Shown piece by piece: positions 21,820-30,036 of a stretch of DNA of 47,797 nt; position 1 is the stretch's first letter, and the number at the start of each line of letters is the position of its first letter. The DNA comes from a virus (Duplodnaviria; Heunggongvirae; Uroviricota; Caudoviricetes), in IMG/VR virus record IMGVR_UViG_2571042438_000008; one strand, given 5' to 3'. Under the pieces are notes generated by a model. It saw only the letters and a program-made list of their open reading frames with translations, ran no database searches and was not told the DNA's origin. The position numbers and the translations under genes are program-made.

Positions 21820-22102
21820 CCCGTCAGCACTGATTAATGCGGTGCTTTGCACAGTAATAGTAATGGCGCTGATGCTTTATCGACGGAAAGACTCCAGGCA
21901 TCGTCCATTTGTTTCCTTTCTGGCTTATATTTACGTCATTGTATACGCCAATGTTCCCTTCCGTTATGTGTTCGGTCTTTATCAAGAATCCCACTGGCTG
22001 GTGGTTATTGGAAATCTGATTATCTGCATCGTTGTTCTGTATTTCAGGGGCAATCTGGCGCGGATAGTTGACGCATTAGGGTTTAATCATGACCAAAGAT
22101 GA
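21806..22102 (+). CDS. Holin candidate (3 predicted TM segments)
   Basis: GGAGGGGG Shine-Dalgarno before ATG 21806. 98 aa. It sits immediately upstream of, and overlaps, the endolysin gene. Confidence 0.55.
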   Translation: MVSSDPSALINAVLCTVIVMALMLYRRKDSRHRPFVSFLAYIYVIVYANVPFRYVFGLYQESHWLVVIGNLIICIVVLYFRGNLARIVDALGFNHDQR

Positions 22103-22631
22103 GATTTTTAACAGCGTTCTTGGAAAAGAGGGCGGCTATGTGGATCACCCTGACGACAAGGGAGGCCCAACAAAGTGGGGCATTACTCAGAACACTGCCC
22201 GTGCTCATGGATACCGTGGCGATATGCGCGATTTAACCCGCGAACAGGCACTGGAAATCCTTGAGGCTGATTACTGGTACGGACCACGCTTTGATCAGGT
22301 GGCCGCATTATCCTCTGATATTGCCGCAGAGCTGTGTGATACCGGTGTGAATATGGGGCCAACAGTGGCGTCCAAAATGCTTCAACGCTGGCTGAATGTG
22401 TTCAATCTGCGTGGGAAGCTGTATCCCGATTTGGATGCAGATGGACGAATCGGTCCACGTACCATTAATGCGCTGCGTGCTTATCTTGGGAATCGGGGAA
22501 AAGACGGCGAACGGGTGATGCTGACGTCGCTGAACTGTACGCAGGGCGAACGCTATCTGGAGCTGGCGGAGAAGCGCGAGGCGAATGAGTCGTTTGTCTA
22601 CGGCTGGATGAAAGAGCGAGTGGTGGTATGA
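22089..22631 (+). CDS. Endolysin, glycoside hydrolase family 108 + C-terminal peptidoglycan-binding domain
   Basis: GKEGGYVDHPDDKGGPTKWGIT (GH108 signature) and ..DADGRIGPRTINAL.. (PG_binding_3-like). Confidence 0.85.
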   Translation: MTKDEIFNSVLGKEGGYVDHPDDKGGPTKWGITQNTARAHGYRGDMRDLTREQALEILEADYWYGPRFDQVAALSSDIAAELCDTGVNMGPTVASKMLQRWLNVFNLRGKLYPDLDADGRIGPRTINALRAYLGNRGKDGERVMLTSLNCTQGERYLELAEKREANESFVYGWMKERVVV

Positions 22632-22906
22632 CTGGTTTGAAGGCCGTTTTGTCATTTATTGGCACAATTATATTGGTTGCATTCGGCGCGTTTGGTTTTG
22701 GTCGTATGAAGGGGCGAGAAAAGGCCGAAGATGAAGCTGAAAAGCAGCGCATTAATGAGAATGCAGCCGCCGTAAAAGCCACTGCGGAGCGGCGTATAGA
22801 AGTGACAAAAGAGGTGGGGAATGTACATCAGAGTGTTAACCATATGGCTGATGACGATGTTGATCGCGAGCTGCGGGAGTCGTGGAAGCGTCCCGGTGGT
22901 GGTTGA
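22628..22906 (+). CDS. i-spanin (Rz-like)
   Basis: An N-terminal TM segment followed by a charged coiled coil. The o-spanin gene overlaps it. Confidence 0.7.
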   Translation: MTGLKAVLSFIGTIILVAFGAFGFGRMKGREKAEDEAEKQRINENAAAVKATAERRIEVTKEVGNVHQSVNHMADDDVDRELRESWKRPGGG

Positions 22907-23030
22907 TACCGCCTGTGATTGGGTAAAGCCCATCTACCTGACTGATCACGATATCGATGTTATGGACCGCCAGACAAAGAAAGATATTCTGGCTCATAAC
23001 AGGGCATGGGAAATCAACTGCCCCAAGTAA
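22821..23030 (+). CDS. o-spanin (Rz1-like lipoprotein), overlapping the i-spanin 3-prime end in another frame
   Basis: Signal sequence with lipobox LIASC. 69 aa. Confidence 0.7.
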   Translation: MYIRVLTIWLMTMLIASCGSRGSVPVVVDTACDWVKPIYLTDHDIDVMDRQTKKDILAHNRAWEINCPK

Positions 23031-23064
23031 TATATATTTCTATAATTATATAAATATATAGTTA
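23028..23064. repeat. AT box (TAATATATATTTCTATAATTATATAAATATATAGTTA)
   Basis: AT-box family member directly after the lysis cassette. Confidence 0.6.
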
Positions 23065-23199
23065 CAACATTCTATGCGCTTTTCTCATGGGCGCACGCAT
23101 CAACCATGTTTGTCTGATATGCCGCCGCGCCCAAAAATCCTGAATTTATTGGCTGGGATTTTCGTGCGCGGCGCCACACCAGACAAACAGATCAAATAT

Positions 23200-23275
23200 G
23201 GCCCCTTAGCTCAGTGGTTAGAGCAGGCGACTCATAATCGCACGGTCATCGGTTCAAATCCGGTAGGGGCCACCA
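23200..23275 (+). tRNA. tRNA with anticodon CAU, tRNA-Ile2 (ileX-like) rather than Met
   Basis: A 76-nt cloverleaf, GGCCCCTTAGCTCAGTGGTTAGAGCAGGCGACTCATAATCGC..GGTTCAAATCC..GGGGCCACCA, with the anticodon at 23233-23235 and an encoded CCA. The 5-prime half is identical to E. coli ileX as I recall it. The acceptor stem has C4-G69 and C5-G68. Confidence 0.9.
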
Positions 23276-23483
23276 ATTCACTCTCACACATAAAGATAAG
23301 CGCGGTGGAGTTACTTCCTTCGTGCTCATCTTTATGCGTGCCTGGTGCGCATTTCGGGCGAACGTGGGGCTAAGTTACAGGCAGGGCCTGTTATCCGCAA
23401 AGGGGTAAAAGCTGGAGCGGCACGGAACTGTAGCCGTGTTACCAAAACAGCGTTGTCGGGCGATATCCGGCACACAACAGGCA

Positions 23484-23515
23484 AGGGCATTAATCAGTCT
23501 GGTTAGTGCCCTTTT
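23484..23515 (+). terminator. Rho-independent terminator candidate
   Basis: AGGGCATTA / TAGTGCCCT form a 9-bp stem with an 11-nt loop, followed by TTTT. Confidence 0.5.
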
Positions 23516-23583
23516 CGTTGTGTCTGCTGTAGAGCTGGCCAGCGTTATGACTGCCGGAGATCAGCGCCGGAGGCACAACTAAC

Positions 23584-24171
23584 ATGGAGGCAATTGCATT
23601 GTTTAATCTGATTTATGCAGATCCCCCCTGGGAATACAAAGATAAGTGTAAGGATGGGAATCGTGGAGCTGGTTTTAAGTATCCAACGATGAAAGCTGAG
23701 GATATTGCTCGTATTCCTGTCTGGCAGCTTGCTAATCCTGAATCGTGTTTGTTGGCCATGTGGTGGGTTCCGACTCAGCCAGAAGAAGCGTTGCTGGTGG
23801 TGAAAGCATGGGGATTCAGGCTTATGACCATGAAGGGCTTCACATGGAACAAATGTGGTAGCCGACAACCAGATAAGCTGGTGATGGGGATGGGGCATAT
23901 GACTCGTGCAAACAGTGAAGATTGCTTGTTTGCGGTAAAAGGCAAATTGCCGACCCGCCTTGATGCGGGGATCATTCAGTCGTTTACATCGCCTCGTCTG
24001 GAGCATTCTCGGAAGCCTGATGTGGTTCGTGACAAGCTGGTAAGGCTGTTAGGTGATGTTCCTCGTATTGAGCTGTTTTCTCGCGGTGATTTACCTGATG
24101 GTTGGCATGGCTGGGGCAACCAGTGCAATGGAGGTATCCAGTTGCATGATGCTCTCTGGCAAGTGGCATAA
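23584..24171 (+). CDS. MT-A70 family DNA N6-adenine methyltransferase
   Basis: DPPW catalytic motif (IYADPPWEY). FKYPTMK and EHSRKPD are typical MT-A70 blocks. Confidence 0.85.
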   Translation: MEAIALFNLIYADPPWEYKDKCKDGNRGAGFKYPTMKAEDIARIPVWQLANPESCLLAMWWVPTQPEEALLVVKAWGFRLMTMKGFTWNKCGSRQPDKLVMGMGHMTRANSEDCLFAVKGKLPTRLDAGIIQSFTSPRLEHSRKPDVVRDKLVRLLGDVPRIELFSRGDLPDGWHGWGNQCNGGIQLHDALWQVA

Positions 24172-24174
24172 AAT

Positions 24175-24276
24175 TATATAATTATATATTTATATAAAAA
24201 GTGCTTTACAGGTGGGAAAAAATTTCCTATGGTTATACCCGAAACCGAGCGATACCCGCCCTGGTTAAACCGGAGA
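24175..24276 (+). repeat. Promoter-leader cassette, copy 3 of 3 (102 bp)
   Basis: One mismatch to copy 2. -35 TTTACA at 24205-24210 and -10 TATGGT at 24228-24233. Confidence 0.85.
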
Positions 24277-24282
24277 AATCTG

Positions 24283-24552
24283 ATGAAAGTACAAGACCGT
24301 GAAGTAGTAAAAAACCTCCTGCAATACCTGACCTCAAAAAACCTGACGGGCAGCGTTGAGTTCCGTGAAGCGTTAAAACATTTCAACGTCACTACGGTTT
24401 ATCGTTGGGAAAACAAACATTCTGAAAGACCGTATGTGGTGGATGTTTTTGCGCCTGATATTGAGTGCGGTTTTGAGCGTCATTCGTTCAAGGAGAAACA
24501 TTCTGCTGATTTTTTTTGTGAGGTTGTATGTGCGGCAGGAGATGATGAGTGA
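24283..24552 (+). CDS. Hypothetical protein (first gene behind cassette copy 3)
   Basis: 89 aa from ATG 24283 (GGAGA Shine-Dalgarno). The upstream extension in the ORF track is the cassette leader. Confidence 0.6.
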   Translation: MKVQDREVVKNLLQYLTSKNLTGSVEFREALKHFNVTTVYRWENKHSERPYVVDVFAPDIECGFERHSFKEKHSADFFCEVVCAAGDDE

Positions 24553-24749
24553 TGCGTATTTCCTTCAAACGTGCGACTGAGCAGCAACGCAAAGAGTTCC
24601 TGGCTGATGATGTTGCGGCCGTTTATGACCTCATGAAAGAGGTTGTGGAATCAGGGAACTACACGGCGGCAAAGATGCTTAAACTGCAATTCTTGCTGGG
24701 CGACCTGAAATACAAATCCGAAGTTGTCGCCGGACGACGCGAGCATTAA
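24549..24749 (+). CDS. Hypothetical protein
   Basis: 66-aa ORF with a GTGATG overlap. Confidence 0.5.
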   Translation: MMRISFKRATEQQRKEFLADDVAAVYDLMKEVVESGNYTAAKMLKLQFLLGDLKYKSEVVAGRREH

Positions 24750-24771
24750 ACCGTAACGATAACGAACAACG

Positions 24772-24798
24772 AGCCTCGGCAATTGCCGGGGCTTTTTT
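24772..24798 (+). terminator. Rho-independent terminator
   Basis: AGCCTCGGC-AATT-GCCGGGGCT followed by T6. Confidence 0.8.
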
Positions 24799-24823
24799 AC
24801 ATCCAGACAAAGGAGAACATGGG

Positions 24824-25123
24824 ATGCCTTCGACAAGCACCAAAAAAGAAATGGCGGTTAGTGATGTGCTTTACGCGCTTTCGACTATATGTGACGGAGC
24901 AATGATGAGGATGAAAGTCCTCCGTGAAGCATACGGAAAAAGTCACGATGAGGCAGCTAAAGAATGCCTGAATGAGATTGTGGACTTCATTGATAACCAT
25001 CGTTCAGTTATATCGCGTCAACCGACAGAGTCGTCCATCACGATTAGCGCACCGGTTATCAATATATCAGTAACTGCGGCGTGTAAATCAGCAGCGGAAG
25101 ATGATCGTGCTTATGCCGAGTGA
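24824..25123 (+). CDS. Hypothetical protein
   Basis: 99-aa ORF with an AAGGAGAA Shine-Dalgarno. Confidence 0.55.
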   Translation: MPSTSTKKEMAVSDVLYALSTICDGAMMRMKVLREAYGKSHDEAAKECLNEIVDFIDNHRSVISRQPTESSITISAPVINISVTAACKSAAEDDRAYAE

Positions 25124-25313
25124 TTTGTTCTGGTTTCCGCTTCCAATAAGAGATTTGTTGGTATTTCTGGCTGGCGCTTACGTCTGGAGAAAAGCGAAAG
25201 ACACCTCGTTATCTTTGAGGTTTGTCTTAGCTATATCGGTAGGAACCGCGCTGGGTACGGCGTATCTCTTGATATTACTGGAGGTATTCATTGAAAAATG
25301 GATAGTTTCATGA
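25101..25313 (+). CDS. Small membrane protein (2 predicted TM segments)
   Basis: 70 aa with hydrophobic segments LLVFLAGAYVW and AISVGTALGTAYLLILL. Confidence 0.45.
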   Translation: MIVLMPSDLFWFPLPIRDLLVFLAGAYVWRKAKDTSLSLRFVLAISVGTALGTAYLLILLEVFIEKWIVS

Positions 25314-25462
25314 ATGGTCTTGGCATTTTTCTGATGATTGTGGCCGTGTGTTTTTGTATCTCGCTGGTGGTTATTGCTGGTGTCCTGTGGCGCATCTTAG
25401 TGGCGCAGAGAGCTTTTCGGCTTAAGCGGGAGCAAATGCGCCTTGATTTCTATCGAAAGTAA
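25310..25462 (+). CDS. Small membrane peptide (50 aa, 1 TM segment); not in the supplied ORF track
   Basis: ATGA overlap with the previous gene. The sequence is MNGLGIFLMIVAVCFCISLVVIAGVLWRILVAQRAFRLKREQMRLDFYRK. A terminator follows. Confidence 0.4.
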   Translation: MNGLGIFLMIVAVCFCISLVVIAGVLWRILVAQRAFRLKREQMRLDFYRK

Positions 25463-25469
25463 CTCTTAC

Positions 25470-25499
25470 AGCCTCGCGGTGTCGCGGGGCTTTTATTTT
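25470..25499 (+). terminator. Rho-independent terminator
   Basis: AGCCTCGCG-GTGT-CGCGGGGCT followed by TTTTATTTT. Confidence 0.8.
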
Positions 25500-25591
25500 C
25501 AGGTGATGTTATGGAAAAGAAAGAAGATAAACCGATTGCCATTGGTGCAGAGTCTGTTCCGTTTAAGTTTGAATGATCCCAACTGGTAACA

Positions 25592-25921
25592 ATGCGTATC
25601 AGTGAAGAGTGGGGAGAAGTACAAGCCCGTGCTCAGTATGCAAATGGCGAAAACCAGTATTTGATTCACTATCAGGCGGCTGATGGTCGTGCTACCACAG
25701 AGTGGTTCGGTGAATCGATGTTGATTGCGATGGAAGATGATCGTTATCCAGGCTGCCCTGTTTTTGCCTGTGTTGATTTGCCAGAAGGCGCGGTACTTGA
25801 AGACGACAAAGAAGAATGCTCGTCTGATGGCGAACTTGTCATTACCGGAATCGTTGATGGTAAGCCGGAATACTCTCGTATTGAGGTAAATAACGGCCGC
25901 ATCCGTTTGATCCCTGCGTAA
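25592..25921 (+). CDS. Hypothetical protein
   Basis: 109-aa ORF. Confidence 0.5.
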   Translation: MRISEEWGEVQARAQYANGENQYLIHYQAADGRATTEWFGESMLIAMEDDRYPGCPVFACVDLPEGAVLEDDKEECSSDGELVITGIVDGKPEYSRIEVNNGRIRLIPA

Positions 25922-25974
25922 CGCATTACAGCAGCTCTTGTGCTTATCAGGGGCTGCGATAATGCGCAAACCAA

Positions 25975-26026
25975 AGCTGCCTCATTAACTCCAGCTCGCT
26001 GTGGAGTTAATGCTGGTGGCTTTTTT
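25975..26026 (+). terminator. Long compound hairpin + T6 (terminator)
   Basis: The inner stem is CATTAACTCCA / TGGAGTTAATG (11 bp). An outer wobble-containing stem surrounds it, followed by TTTTTT. Confidence 0.65.
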
Positions 26027-26155
26027 ATTACTGGAAGGTGGGCGACCGCCGTCAGTTGCGACCTGACGACAGTCATTCATACCCACAGGGTGCCGTGGAT
26101 ACAAACCGAGGCCCACTTGCTTGCACAAGCGAGGGGATTTTAGCGGATAAACGGC

Positions 26156-26779
26156 ATGACAAAACATCTTAATGTGGTTTCTTTACCACTTTCTGTGTTG
26201 ATTGGTTATGAAAAGAACGCTCGCACACACTCCGTGGAGCAGGTAGATCAGATTGTTGCCAGCATACAGGAGTACGGATGGACTAATCCGATCCTGATAG
26301 ACGAGAACAACGTTGTAATTGCTGGTCATGGTCGAATTGCTGCGGCCACTCAGTTGGGGATGGATGAGGTTCCCTGCATTGTTCTGGAAGGGCTAACGGA
26401 GAATCAGAAGAAGGCATATCGTCTGGCCGACAACCGTATTCCGCTGAATGCTGGTTGGGATGAAGAGTTGTTAAGCGCGGAGCTTGCAGATCTTGCGGCC
26501 GATGATTTTGCTCTGGACTCAATTGGTTTTACTCAGCGCGAACTGGATAACTTATTGAGTGCGGCGGTCTACGATGACACAGAGGGTATGGATATCCCAT
26601 TTGAGAAGGATGAGGCCAAATCAGGCGTAAAAGTTCAGTACCTGTCATTTGGAGGTCATAAAATCCCGGCAACGGATGAGGAAGCGGATCGTTTTGACTG
26701 CGCGGTGTCTCGTTATGTTGATGATAATGGCAGCTATATCGGATTTGTATCCGCATTGCTGGCTGGGGAGGTGTGCTGA
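26156..26779 (+). CDS. ParB/Srx-fold (ParB-like nuclease domain) protein, paralogue 1
   Basis: KNARTHSVEQVDQIVASIQEYGWTNPILIDENNVVIAGHGRIAAATQLGMDEVPCIVL..QKKAYRLADNRIPLNAGWDEELL. It is a full-length paralogue of 29446..30036. Confidence 0.8.
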   Translation: MTKHLNVVSLPLSVLIGYEKNARTHSVEQVDQIVASIQEYGWTNPILIDENNVVIAGHGRIAAATQLGMDEVPCIVLEGLTENQKKAYRLADNRIPLNAGWDEELLSAELADLAADDFALDSIGFTQRELDNLLSAAVYDDTEGMDIPFEKDEAKSGVKVQYLSFGGHKIPATDEEADRFDCAVSRYVDDNGSYIGFVSALLAGEVC

Positions 26780-28152
26780 TGCTTCACCTCAATTACGACA
26801 TAACGCACCTACGCGGCGCGGAATATAACCCGCGTTTTATCGGTGAGGATGATCTTGCGAGGCTGGCGGAAAGCGTCAGGGAGCTGGGGCTTGTGAAGCC
26901 ATTGATAGTGCGCGGCGATTTGCTGGTGGCGGGACACCAAAGGACGAAGGCGCTACGTAAGTTGGGAATAACGCGTGCTGCGGTGTATGTGTTGCCCTGT
27001 GAAACGACGGTATACGACGAAGTACGGTTTAACCAACTGCATAACGGAACGGATTTTGATAGCGGAGATGAGCGTTGCAGGGTGTCCGGTCTGGAAGATA
27101 AGCATGGTTTTGTTCAGGTATCGGCAAGCCAGATCTCAGGCAATATGCGCGCGAAAATGGCATATGTTCGAAAGAACATAGCGGAACTGGTTATCAAGTA
27201 TGGTCCGTGGGGTGGTTGTGTTGCTACTCAGTCTGGCGAGGTTATTCACTGTGCTCAGTATGCATTAGCAGCGAAGATGACGCGCACACCGCTAACGGTG
27301 TTTGTGATCCCTGATGTTGAGAAGGAAAAATACCAAAGTTATCTGAATAAAACTTATGGTGTATTTGAGTATTCTCATCTGGAGAAAACAACATACATCC
27401 AGACGTATGCGCAGCTTATGCGGTTGCGTAATGGTGGCAGCCTGAAATCAAACCTGTATGAGTCGTTGATCCTCCCGATCATTGCCAAGACGCCAAGAGG
27501 AATTGATTTTGGTTCGGGGCAGGGAGACTACGCGCGAATGCTCAGGGCAAAGGGATATAACCTGCATGATCTCGAGCTTTTCCGCCGTAAGGGCGCTGGA
27601 AACACTCTGGATAGGACCGCAACAAACCGGATGATTGATACGCTGGTGGACGACTTAAAAACGCGAGGGCGTTACGACTACGTGATTTGCGATAGCGTTT
27701 TGAACTCGGTCGATAGTGTCGAGGCTGAATGGTCCGTTCTGACGGTTCTGAAAGGCTTGTGTAAAGCTGGTGGGTCAATATTCTTTTCTGGCCGTAGCCG
27801 TGGAGAGCTGGAAACCGTCCTGAAACAAACACAAGCGGCGAGTTCCAAAAGCCGGCTTTATTTTATTGATCATAACGGTTTTACCGCGTTGTACCGGAAG
27901 GGGCACTGGTTTTACCAGAAGTTTCACTCTGATGATGAAGTGAAGCAGTTGTGTCGTGTACATGGTTTCAGGATTAAGCGGTCAATATTCAACTGTAAGA
28001 GCTGGTATTTGCACGTCATTAACGATGATTCCCTTAGTTGGGCGAGTCTGGAGAAAGCTGTTCGTTTTGAGTTTGAGTTGCCGTTGCCTGGTGGTTCAAC
28101 AATCGGACGATCTGATGATGTGCTGGCGGCTTTCCGGCCGTTGATTAAGTAG
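26779..28152 (+). CDS. Fusion protein: N-terminal ParB/Srx-like domain + C-terminal class I SAM-dependent methyltransferase
   Basis: N-terminus: YNPRFIGEDDLARLAESVRELGLVKPLIVRGDLLVAGHQRTKAL. C-terminus: IDFGSGQGDY (motif I), YDYVICDSVLNSV, GGSIFFSG. No DPPY/NPPY-type DNA-MTase motif is seen. TGATG overlap with the upstream gene (the ORF is open from GTG 26773). Confidence 0.7.
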   Translation: MLHLNYDITHLRGAEYNPRFIGEDDLARLAESVRELGLVKPLIVRGDLLVAGHQRTKALRKLGITRAAVYVLPCETTVYDEVRFNQLHNGTDFDSGDERCRVSGLEDKHGFVQVSASQISGNMRAKMAYVRKNIAELVIKYGPWGGCVATQSGEVIHCAQYALAAKMTRTPLTVFVIPDVEKEKYQSYLNKTYGVFEYSHLEKTTYIQTYAQLMRLRNGGSLKSNLYESLILPIIAKTPRGIDFGSGQGDYARMLRAKGYNLHDLELFRRKGAGNTLDRTATNRMIDTLVDDLKTRGRYDYVICDSVLNSVDSVEAEWSVLTVLKGLCKAGGSIFFSGRSRGELETVLKQTQAASSKSRLYFIDHNGFTALYRKGHWFYQKFHSDDEVKQLCRVHGFRIKRSIFNCKSWYLHVINDDSLSWASLEKAVRFEFELPLPGGSTIGRSDDVLAAFRPLIK

Positions 28153-28168
28153 TGTGTAGGAGGCGCTG

Positions 28169-28888
28169 GTGGCTGACAGAATTGAGATAAAGATGGATTT
28201 TTCTTCTCAGGATATTCAACGACAACTCCAGCGCCTTGAAGAACGCGAATTGCCGTTCGCAATGGCGCTTGCGGCAACCAGAACGGCAAAGGCTTCTCAG
28301 GCTGCGATTAAGAATGAAATTAATCGGGTATTTGACAGGCCCACGCCGTGGATTCAGAACTCTACTTACGTTTTGGCCGCAAAGAAGAGTGATCCTACAG
28401 CCATTGTGTATGCTCGTGAATGGGGAGGAACGCCAGCCCCTGTAACGTTGACTCCGCAAATCGAAGGTGGACAACGACAGTACAAACGCTCAGAAGGGGC
28501 GCTAAGGGCTGGTGGATATTTGCCTAACGGCTGGCAGCTTGCTCCTGGTCCCGGTGCAAAGCTGGACAAATACGGGAATATTTCGCGGGGGCAATTACAG
28601 CAGGTCTTATCTGGCCTAAGAGTTCAGCGAGATGCGCATCAAAATCGCCGTCAGGGCAAGCCTACGGAGTTTTTTGTTGTTCGACCTGGTACAAGTAACC
28701 CGCTTCAACCAGGCGTCTGGCAGCGCGTTGGGCGGCGTCCTACGTTGATCCTTACGTTTATCCAGCAACCTAACTATTCGCAGCGTCTTGATTGGCATGG
28801 CGTGGCGCTGCGTGCTGGTGAGGATGCGTTTGCTGATGAAGTCACAAAGGCTATTGATGACATTCTTTCTAAGACTTTCTCTCGTTAA
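28169..28888 (+). CDS. Hypothetical phage protein
   Basis: 239-aa ORF (GTG start, AGGAGG Shine-Dalgarno). No family recognised with confidence. Confidence 0.6.
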   Translation: MADRIEIKMDFSSQDIQRQLQRLEERELPFAMALAATRTAKASQAAIKNEINRVFDRPTPWIQNSTYVLAAKKSDPTAIVYAREWGGTPAPVTLTPQIEGGQRQYKRSEGALRAGGYLPNGWQLAPGPGAKLDKYGNISRGQLQQVLSGLRVQRDAHQNRRQGKPTEFFVVRPGTSNPLQPGVWQRVGRRPTLILTFIQQPNYSQRLDWHGVALRAGEDAFADEVTKAIDDILSKTFSR

Positions 28889-28939
28889 TCATCGTGTGGT
28901 TGATGGTGTTGTTATGCAGAGTGTATTCACTGTGTTCTG

Positions 28940-29445
28940 TAGCGTCGCTCGCTGGCTGTCTGTGGGTGGGCACGAGCATCGTTTCATCGTCCGGCAGAAT
29001 TGGGTCCTTCTGGCCAAAAGCGTTGGATGCGGGTCATTCGAACCCCGATGTTCGGCTAGCTAAACGTGAAAAAAGTTAGGTTAAAAGTTGCGGTAAAAGA
29101 AATTTACCCATCTCATTGAAAAATATTGGGAAAACGTGATTTTTTGCTGTGCTTGTGATGGTGAAAAGAAAGTAGAGAATTTTCTTTTAGATCATCAAGA
29201 TACGCGCAGATCTTTAACCAATGCAAGGCTGTTTTGATAAAAATCTTTATAAATCATGCAAATACATCCAATCTTTTAACCAAAACACCATCGGAAGATC
29301 CTTTTTACTTATAAAAACTTAATAAAACCAGATAATTATGCTGGTTTGTGTGATTTTTTATGAGTAAAAAGATCGTCATTTTTCTCTTTTAGTATCAATA
29401 AGTTAAACATTTTTCTTTAACCTGTTGTGTTATGGCGGTTAAAAA
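28940..29445. other. ORF-poor region upstream of the packaging genes: candidate cos/pac region
   Basis: A GC-rich ~120 bp is followed by ~380 bp of AT-rich DNA. The AT-rich part has four GATC sites (29190, 29210, 29296, 29371) and three CTTTAACC-like words (about 29212, 29272, 29415). Its position relative to the Nu1-like and GpA-like terminase genes matches lambda cos. Confidence 0.3.
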
Positions 29446-30036
29446 ATGGCTCTAAAAATCGAATATTTACCAGTCGGTAAGCTGCTCAGATATGCCAAAA
29501 ATTCACGGACTCATTCAGATGAGCAAGTTGAACAGTTGGTGAACAGTATCCGTGAGTTCGGTTTCACTAATCCTGTGCTGATCGATGAAAAGAATGAACT
29601 GATTGCGGGGCATGGGCGGCTTGCAGCAGCCGAAATTCTGGAAATGGATAAAGTTCCGGCGATTCGGTTGAGTAACCTTTCTGAAAAACAGAAGAAGGCG
29701 TACAGGATTGCAGATAACAAGCTGGCCTTAAATGCTGGCTGGGATATGCAGCTTCTGGCCGAAGAAGTCAAAGAGTTAATGGATGATGATTTTGATATTG
29801 ATCTGCTTGGGTTTAATGATGCAGAGCTTGACGAAATGTTAAGCGATGAACAGCCGCAGGAAGAAGACGATAATTCTTCCCCTGTTGTTCAAATTAAGTA
29901 CCTGGCTATTGATAAAGAACGTATTCCCGCGACGGATATGGAAATTGCATTGTTGCTGGATGTTTATCGTCAGTACCACGACGCGCATGAAACGCATGAG
30001 GGATTTGTTCAGTATCTTGCTAATGGTTGCAAGTAA
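29446..30036 (+). CDS. ParB/Srx-fold (ParB-like nuclease domain) protein, paralogue 2
   Basis: KNSRTHSDEQVEQLVNSIREFGFTNPVLIDEKNELIAGHGRLAAAEILEMDKVPAIRL..QKKAYRIADNKLALNAGWDMQLL. The stop overlaps the TerS start (TAATG). Confidence 0.8.
   Translation: MALKIEYLPVGKLLRYAKNSRTHSDEQVEQLVNSIREFGFTNPVLIDEKNELIAGHGRLAAAEILEMDKVPAIRLSNLSEKQKKAYRIADNKLALNAGWDMQLLAEEVKELMDDDFDIDLLGFNDAELDEMLSDEQPQEEDDNSSPVVQIKYLAIDKERIPATDMEIALLLDVYRQYHDAHETHEGFVQYLANGCK

Noticed and set aside
23074-23373. 99-aa ORF on the plus strand
   Set aside because: It runs straight through the tRNA gene (23200-23275), and there is no ribosome-binding site.
23545-24006. 153-aa minus-strand ORF and other antisense ORFs inside MT-A70
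   Set aside because: This is a shadow ORF antisense to a gene with clear DPPW methyltransferase motifs.
25511-25576. 21-aa mini-ORF (MEKKEDKPIAIGAESVPFKFE) upstream of 25592
   Set aside because: It is too short to evaluate, and I have no conservation or ribosome-binding-site evidence.
25499-26076. 156-aa and 110-aa minus-strand ORFs
   Set aside because: They are antisense to a co-oriented plus-strand gene block and span two plus-strand terminators, and neither has a ribosome-binding site.
28894-29079. 61-aa ORF with a lipobox-like LAGC (MWLMVLLCRVYSLCSVASLAGC..)
   Set aside because: It is tempting as a small lipoprotein. However, it has a GTG start without a Shine-Dalgarno and no positive N-region, and it overlaps another equally weak ORF. 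I cannot support it from sequence alone.
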